A DNA stretch of 64,000 nt, from NCBI GenBank assembly GCA_965116885.1, contig OZ220741.1:352001-416000 (forward strand), written 5' to 3'. This DNA is from Candidatus Latescibacterota bacterium (GTDB taxonomy: Bacteria > Latescibacterota > UBA2968). Below the pieces are notes generated by a model. That model was not told where the DNA came from, did not search any database, and saw nothing but the letters and a program-made list of their open reading frames with translations. Positions within the stretch are counted from its first letter, which is position 1. Each line of letters starts with the position of its first letter. Shown one piece after another: positions 58,631-64,000 of this stretch. A program made the translations under genes and the position numbers.

Positions 58631-58834
58631 TCACGTTTGACGGAGTTCTAAATAGTGGCGATAATCGTTCGCCCACTCTACAAATACAATGTCATCTGAT
58701 AGCTGTCCCCGGCTATACTGGTCAAAGAACTCCTCCGAATCCATCTGCTGCCGACTCTCATACGTACTCAACCGCTTTGTCACTGCAACCAGCGCATCAA
58801 TGGGCGAAGTATATTGAATAATTTGTTTTCGCAT
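58631..58834 (-). CDS. Small TumA-like antitoxin, orphan and possibly truncated
   Basis: L..YE....MDSEEFF..Y..G.L.D...FVEW...Y pattern; no toxin gene adjacent. Confidence 0.55.
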   Translation of the reverse strand: MRKQIIQYTSPIDALVAVTKRLSTYESRQQMDSEEFFDQYSRGQLSDDIVFVEWANDYRHYLELRQT

Positions 58835-58896
58835 GGGAATCTCTCCTATGTCCAATACCACAATATAGACAGATAGTGGATGAGAATCAAAAGCCC

Positions 58897-60363
58897 TTAT
58901 CCAATCGCCTCGCGCTCGCGCCAGCGATACATCCGCAAAGCTGGATCACTGGTCTCCACCATCCACTGCTGCAACCGCGCCTTCAATCGCGCCAGATCAT
59001 CGGCATAATCGGGATCATCAATCACATTATTCATCTCATGGGGATCGTTCTTCAGATCGTACAACTCATCCTGCCCCGTCAAATTGCACCCGTATTTCAA
59101 ATCCCCCATACGCAGCATCTTCATCGACGTAGCCACATTGCCCAACCCCAAAAACTCCGTCACCACAGCATCGCGCCAACCCGTCGCCTCACCGCGAACA
59201 AGCGGCAACAGCGACGCACCGTGAATCGCATCCCCATCGTAATCTCCACCCGCCAGGTCCAAAATCGTGGGATACATATCCGCCAGCGAAGCAAACTCCG
59301 CAACGCGCGCTCCCGCATGCGAACCATCCGGCAGCCGGATAATCATCGGAACATGATGCGTCTCTTCAAAATGATGCCATCCCTTATCCAGCAACCCCCC
59401 GTGACTGCCCAACGTCTCGCCGTGATCCGCCGTAAAAATCAGCACCGTATTGTCCAATTCCCCGCTCGCCTTCAAATAATCGTACAGCCGACCAATCTGA
59501 CTGTCAATCATCGACACCCGCGCATAATAATAGCGCACCGCCATCGCCCAATCTTCCCACGTCAAATTTTCCTTATCCCAGTGAATCTTCAAATGATGCG
59601 GTCCGGGAATCTCCCGCGAGGGCCACTCGTAATTTCCCCACGGCGGAATCTCCACATCCCGATACCAGTCCAGAAACTCACCTGTCGCGTGATAAGGTCC
59701 ATGCGGACCCCAAAAATTCAAACTAATAAAATACGGCAAATCCCGTTCCCGAAACGACCTGCTCATCTCAATCACATTATCCACCAGATAAGCCGGCACC
59801 GTCGCCTCCGTTGGCACAGTCAACTCACCGACCCCGTTGCGGACCATCGTAGTCGCCTCAGCCCAGGGCTTCACGCCCGGCTCATAACCCTTTGCCTGTG
59901 CCCAGGCCCGATAATCCGAATAACTCGAACCAGCCCCGCCGTGCCCGGCAAAATCCTGCCCTTCATACCCGATACGCGAAGGCGAAGATGGCCTATTCGA
60001 CCCCTGAAATGTCTGTGCCTTCTCAGAACCGAGATGCCACTTTCCCGTATATCCCGTCCCATACCCCGCCGCTTGCAGACGCCGCGACAACAGTTCGGGG
60101 CGATCCTCCAGTTCGTGAACACTACACCCCACCTCGTGGATATTTGACGTAATGCCATGGGTATGCGGATACACACCCGTTTGCAGCGTCCCCCGCGCCG
60201 GACTACACACCGGATAAACCGTATAGGCATTCTCAAACAAGATGCCCTCTGCCGCGAGGCGATCAATATTCGGCGTGCGACAAGGCGTCTCGCCATAAGC
60301 ACTCACACCCGACAGCCGATGCTGGTCAGTCAAAATAAAAATGATATTAGGAGAATCTCTCAT
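58897..60363 (-). CDS. Sulfatase (S1)
   Basis: PNIIFILTDQHR, CSPAR, GKWHLG, GPHGP, TADHG and ELYDL..DP.E motifs. Confidence 0.93.
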   Translation of the reverse strand: MRDSPNIIFILTDQHRLSGVSAYGETPCRTPNIDRLAAEGILFENAYTVYPVCSPARGTLQTGVYPHTHGITSNIHEVGCSVHELEDRPELLSRRLQAAGYGTGYTGKWHLGSEKAQTFQGSNRPSSPSRIGYEGQDFAGHGGAGSSYSDYRAWAQAKGYEPGVKPWAEATTMVRNGVGELTVPTEATVPAYLVDNVIEMSRSFRERDLPYFISLNFWGPHGPYHATGEFLDWYRDVEIPPWGNYEWPSREIPGPHHLKIHWDKENLTWEDWAMAVRYYYARVSMIDSQIGRLYDYLKASGELDNTVLIFTADHGETLGSHGGLLDKGWHHFEETHHVPMIIRLPDGSHAGARVAEFASLADMYPTILDLAGGDYDGDAIHGASLLPLVRGEATGWRDAVVTEFLGLGNVATSMKMLRMGDLKYGCNLTGQDELYDLKNDPHEMNNVIDDPDYADDLARLKARLQQWMVETSDPALRMYRWREREAIG

Positions 60364-60410
60364 AAAATTGCTCCACTTGACCTATAATCATTGAATGGTT
60401 ATCGTTTAAT

Positions 60411-60683
60411 ATGAAAAATTGCTCAGAAATAGGAGGTCATAAGACCGTGAACATTTTTGAAACCAACTGGTATCGAGATATAAAGTCTAAAATCATCCCT
60501 GGTGACAACCTCAGAATCTATCGCCAAAATCACAATATGACTCAGGTCGAATTGGGCCGAAAATTGGGCAATATACCCCGTCAGCATATTTCCAATATGG
60601 AACGAGGTATCCGAACAATCAGTTTAAAAAACGCCCGCAAATTAGCCGTCATCTTCGGCGTATCTCCTGAGAAATTCATCTGA
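60411..60683 (+). CDS. XRE-family HTH protein (HigA-like), orphan
   Basis: LRIYR...MTQVELG..LG...QHISNMERG.R.IS; the start may be the GTG at 60447. Confidence 0.75.
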   Translation: MKNCSEIGGHKTVNIFETNWYRDIKSKIIPGDNLRIYRQNHNMTQVELGRKLGNIPRQHISNMERGIRTISLKNARKLAVIFGVSPEKFI

Positions 60684-60703
60684 ACTTTGACCCAATACAC
60701 CCA

Positions 60704-61465
60704 TTACATCCCCTCCCAATACTCCCACATATCATCTGGCGTCTCAAACTGCAACTCATTCCAATTCTTCCACTTAAACCTCGTAAACAGCCCCATGCGG
60801 ATATTGCGACTGCAATTCTTACTCGCGCTGTGAACCATCAAACCGTGCCAGAAAATCACCGTACCTGCGGGACCCGTAATCTCCATGGGATCGGGCAAAT
60901 CAATAATCGTCCCCATGTGAATCTGACTGGGCGGCGCATTGGGATCTAAAAACTGGCGATTCACACTCAGCAAAGAATGCGACCTGAAATAATCCGCCAT
61001 CTTTACATGCGTGCCCGGCCACACACAAAACCCGCCCGAGCGGGACTTGATATCATTGAGATACACGGTAGCGGCAATCGTAAAACCAGCCACTGTCAAA
61101 TCCGTTTGCCCGTAGCCATCCACATGCCCACCCGAAGGCTCTGACCATTGATCCTTACCCGTGGGATAGCGAAACAACGGTGCTGGCTCAGCCCACTCGG
61201 TCAACCGCCCCTTCCCCGTCATCTCCTCGACCATATCAAACACGCCGTAATCATACACAATAGACCGGTGCAACGTCGGGTCACTACTCTCGGGCTTCTT
61301 CGGCTCGGCATTCACCCACGTCTGAGGATCGCTACGATCTGCCCAAACACCGTGCCAGAGACCATCCACAGCGCGTTCCATCAAATCTTCGGGCAAAACA
61401 TCCCGCTTAACCAGATACCCATTATCTTTAAAAAACTGCTTCTCATCATGAGTAAGCAATCCCAT
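60704..61465 (-). CDS. PhyH-family dioxygenase
   Basis: FF..NGYL, GHVDG, YLND, GGFCVWPGTH and MVHSA..N motifs. Confidence 0.85.
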   Translation of the reverse strand: MGLLTHDEKQFFKDNGYLVKRDVLPEDLMERAVDGLWHGVWADRSDPQTWVNAEPKKPESSDPTLHRSIVYDYGVFDMVEEMTGKGRLTEWAEPAPLFRYPTGKDQWSEPSGGHVDGYGQTDLTVAGFTIAATVYLNDIKSRSGGFCVWPGTHVKMADYFRSHSLLSVNRQFLDPNAPPSQIHMGTIIDLPDPMEITGPAGTVIFWHGLMVHSASKNCSRNIRMGLFTRFKWKNWNELQFETPDDMWEYWEGM

Positions 61466-61487
61466 GATACACTCCTTCTGTTCACCA

Positions 61488-62342
61488 CTACGCCGCCACG
61501 GCTTTCTCACCCAAATGCGCCTCAATCCACGCCTTCAAAGGCACATCTTCGGGCTTGGGTGACGTATATCCAAAACCGCCCGAAGGGCTTGCCCCCAGCA
61601 ACTGTCTGCGAATGGGATCGCTGCGCTCCATAAAATGATCCACCGTCATATTATCGCGGGGCCGCAACCAGCGGTAGCTATAGCCGTAAAACAGCGTACG
61701 CCTGGGCGAATTCCAATAATTGGTACTGCTCGAATGCCAGATACGCCGATCAAAAATAACCGCACTACCTTTCGGCACACACACCTGCATACCGCCCTCG
61801 GGCATCTCCGAGCGATTTTCGCCCGGAAACACATTGCCCAGATGCGAACCGGGAACCACAACAAAATTCCCGCGACCAGGCTCTGATGCATCCGTCAAAA
61901 AGAACGCCACCTTCAGCGAAATCCTCGGACGTGGATTCGTCTCAATATCGAGATTGAGGCGACCGCTATCCTGGTGAAACCCAAGCCCTGGGCCATCCTT
62001 CTCGAGCGACTTTCCAGAACCAACAGGCGGCGTCACAATCATGTGAGAATGATAGAGCTGAATATTCCAATTCAGCAACCCCCATACCTTCGGAAAAGTC
62101 TTATACCAATCGAGCAACTCCAAAAACAAATCATCCTGCCCGATAAAATCCAGCATATTGGACCGCTTATCTGGCCCAATACCCTCTCGCTCTCGATGCG
62201 CGCCATCCACGCGATCTACAACCGGCACCAACTCATCTACCAGATCCTCTGGCAACACGCTCTCGAGAACAAAAAACCCATCGCGCTCAAACTTCAACCG
62301 CTCCTCTTCAGTCACGCAATAATCCAGACATCTCGCATCCAT
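61488..62342 (-). CDS. PhyH-family dioxygenase
   Basis: FERDGF, FHQD, LKV.FFLTD, VPGSH and DRRIWH motifs. Confidence 0.88.
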   Translation of the reverse strand: MDARCLDYCVTEEERLKFERDGFFVLESVLPEDLVDELVPVVDRVDGAHREREGIGPDKRSNMLDFIGQDDLFLELLDWYKTFPKVWGLLNWNIQLYHSHMIVTPPVGSGKSLEKDGPGLGFHQDSGRLNLDIETNPRPRISLKVAFFLTDASEPGRGNFVVVPGSHLGNVFPGENRSEMPEGGMQVCVPKGSAVIFDRRIWHSSSTNYWNSPRRTLFYGYSYRWLRPRDNMTVDHFMERSDPIRRQLLGASPSGGFGYTSPKPEDVPLKAWIEAHLGEKAVAA

Positions 62343-62423
62343 AACAACACGCCTCCTTAACTCCGTGTGAGTGGAAAACCCTCTCCCGATTCCATCACCA
62401 GAATCCTACACCTGCACATCAAC

Positions 62424-63314
62424 TCATACAACCTCCTCTTCAAGCTCTGCCAAACGCGCCTTTTGCTCCACCAGCATGCGCTCTCGCTCTCGCCGAAACT
62501 CCGTATAATACCGCTCTCGCTTGCCCGTAATGCGGTAATCCAATCGCTCGACACCCAGTGCCCGCAACACCACCCTCTCCACCAGTGAAAAATCATCGGA
62601 ATCCTCGCGATTGAAATTCATAGGCTCTTTAAACGCAACCGGCGGATTCGTAATAAAACGCGGACGCCCCGAAGGATTTGGCGCGGCAGAATGCAACATA
62701 TACGGATGAATCAGATACACATCGCCCGCATTACCCGTCGCCTCGACAAACGTCTCACATCCCTCAATCATCTTCCCAAACGAACCCGGTTCCAGCCCCT
62801 CGGGATGATCGTGCAAAAACCTCGCAACTCTTGGAACCGAATCCGACGCGAGATACGTACCACCGCTATTGGGCAACACATCATCCCAAACCACCACCGT
62901 CAACAAACCCTGCTCTGGACTATCCAGAAAATGCCGGAAAAAATTCCCATCCTTGTGCCATCCCCCGCGCTTTGCCGACGGAACCCATGGATCATCGGCA
63001 TCTTTGTGAAAATTAATAATAAACCCATCTCCCCACGAAGGCTCACCCTCGATGCGCTCTGCCCCGCCCATCACATCGCATATCCCATCCCATGCTTTTG
63101 GCGCGAGATCGGCAACTGCCCGTCGGTTCATCGACGGCATGTGAATGCGATCCTCTACCCAGGTCGTGGGATCATCCCTGTCATACCCCAAACGCAGATA
63201 CGCCAGATCGAGCCAATCCTGAATCTCCGCCTTCTCAAAACACCCCTCTAACTTCACATATCCCTTCTCCACAAAATGCGCTGCCTGCGCGTCTGTCAAT
63301 ACCTTGAACGCCAC
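62424..63314 (-). CDS. PhyH-like dioxygenase
   Basis: F..KGY, WHKDG..F.HFLDSPEQ, GGT and AGDV.L.HP.MLHSA motifs. Confidence 0.85.
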   Translation of the reverse strand: MAFKVLTDAQAAHFVEKGYVKLEGCFEKAEIQDWLDLAYLRLGYDRDDPTTWVEDRIHMPSMNRRAVADLAPKAWDGICDVMGGAERIEGEPSWGDGFIINFHKDADDPWVPSAKRGGWHKDGNFFRHFLDSPEQGLLTVVVWDDVLPNSGGTYLASDSVPRVARFLHDHPEGLEPGSFGKMIEGCETFVEATGNAGDVYLIHPYMLHSAAPNPSGRPRFITNPPVAFKEPMNFNREDSDDFSLVERVVLRALGVERLDYRITGKRERYYTEFRRERERMLVEQKARLAELEEEVV

Positions 63315-63333
63315 AACAACCTCCTGTGCAAAT

Positions 63334-63359
63334 GGGCGGGTTGGGAAACCCGCCCCTAC
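63334..63359 (-). repeat. GTAG-type REP-like palindrome
   Basis: Minus strand GTAGGGGCGGGTTTCCCAACCCGCCC, overlapping the stop codon of the hydrolase. Confidence 0.7.
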
Positions 63360-64000
63360 TGAACCTTCAAATGCTTCAAAAAGAACGCCAGCATCGCCTG
63401 ATTCACATTCCCCGGCGGTGGCGACCCCATCTTCGGCAAATACATCTCCACCTCAACACCCGCTTCATCGCACCGTTCTTTGATCGCAATTGCATGTTTG
63501 GGATGATGAACATAATGACCGCGATTTTGGGGCACCCCACCCCTTTGACTACAAAACAAAAACACAGGAGGGTCGTCTTTTGTAATCAACCCGCGCATAT
63601 CCACATCCGCCCGAATCTGTTTGCCCTTTTCGGTCTCCGCTTCATCAAATGTAGCCAGGCCGTAAAACGACACATTCCTGGAATAAAATTTCTCAGCAGG
63701 CAAACCGAGCACAGACTCCCATTGTAAAAAATCATAGGAAAACTGACCATTGAGAAACCCCGCCGCCACAATGCGCGAAGATTGTCGAAGCACGGGATCT
63801 TCACTATCGGGATCGGCCAGATCATCGTGAAAAGCCAGCCAAATCGAAGTCCCTGCACCGGCAGAGCCACCATAAGAAGCGATGCGTTTGGGATCGACAT
63901 GCCACGCCTCGGCATTGTATCTGATAAACTGCACCGCACGCGCCGCATCGCGCAAAATATCCTGTATGGGCGCAGTATTTTTAAACCTGTAATTAATCGC
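63356..64000 (-). CDS. Alpha/beta hydrolase (lipase/esterase-like), 5'-partial at the window edge
   Basis: D..RAVQFIR, D..RI, GGSAG nucleophile elbow, DPPVFL and HH motifs; the frame stays open to the window end. Confidence 0.85.
   Translation of the reverse strand, partial: AINYRFKNTAPIQDILRDAARAVQFIRYNAEAWHVDPKRIASYGGSAGAGTSIWLAFHDDLADPDSEDPVLRQSSRIVAAGFLNGQFSYDFLQWESVLGLPAEKFYSRNVSFYGLATFDEAETEKGKQIRADVDMRGLITKDDPPVFLFCSQRGGVPQNRGHYVHHPKHAIAIKERCDEAGVEVEMYLPKMGSPPPGNVNQAMLAFFLKHLKVQ

Noticed and set aside
1..64000. tRNA, rRNA, tmRNA, prophage or integrase
   Set aside because: No cloverleaf/T-loop signatures, rRNA-like tracts or phage/integrase ORFs were recognised by eye; a tRNAscan/Infernal run would be needed to exclude them formally.

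Overview
A 64-kb bacterial chromosomal window, mostly coded on the minus strand. It contains eight PhyH-family Fe(II)/2OG dioxygenases, two sulfatases, a SusC/SusD pair, a secreted protein with a dockerin/EF-hand tail and many orphan catabolic enzymes. This content suggests an FCB-related, Latescibacterota/Poribacteria-like (possibly sponge-associated) organism; that is inference only. Main blocks: (1) 1-7.6 kb, a cobalamin-riboswitch-controlled B12 uptake and cobinamide-salvage operon (btuF-like, btuB, beta-propeller, cobO, cbiZ, cbiB). (2) 7.6-14.7 kb, housekeeping genes enriched in zinc-sparing types (Cys-poor L28/L33, folE2) plus hinT, yidD, sufE, hemB, cysS, lgt and an orphan adenine methyltransferase. 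(3) 14.8-17.5 kb, a cytochrome c/PCuAC/SCO copper module preceded by a GC-rich FG-GAP gene that carries a duplicated copy of the cytochrome's lipoprotein leader. (4) 17.6-40 kb, a catabolic island interrupted by an intact TnpB-only IS200/IS605 element with a richly structured ~200-nt left-end region. (5) 40-52 kb, pyrE, a chimeric LivJ-like protein, SusC/D, an orphan RND pump and two tandem coiled-coil paralogues. (6) 52-64 kb, a PhyH-rich operon with a frameshifted dehydrogenase, an inserted GmrSD-type nuclease and orphan antitoxins. No rRNA, tRNA or CRISPR array was seen. The most promising novel leads are the structured 5' region of the TnpB element, the signal-peptide capture by the FG-GAP gene, the B12-regulated propeller-dockerin protein, a PhyH lacking the HxD carboxylate, and a LepB paralogue lacking the catalytic Ser.
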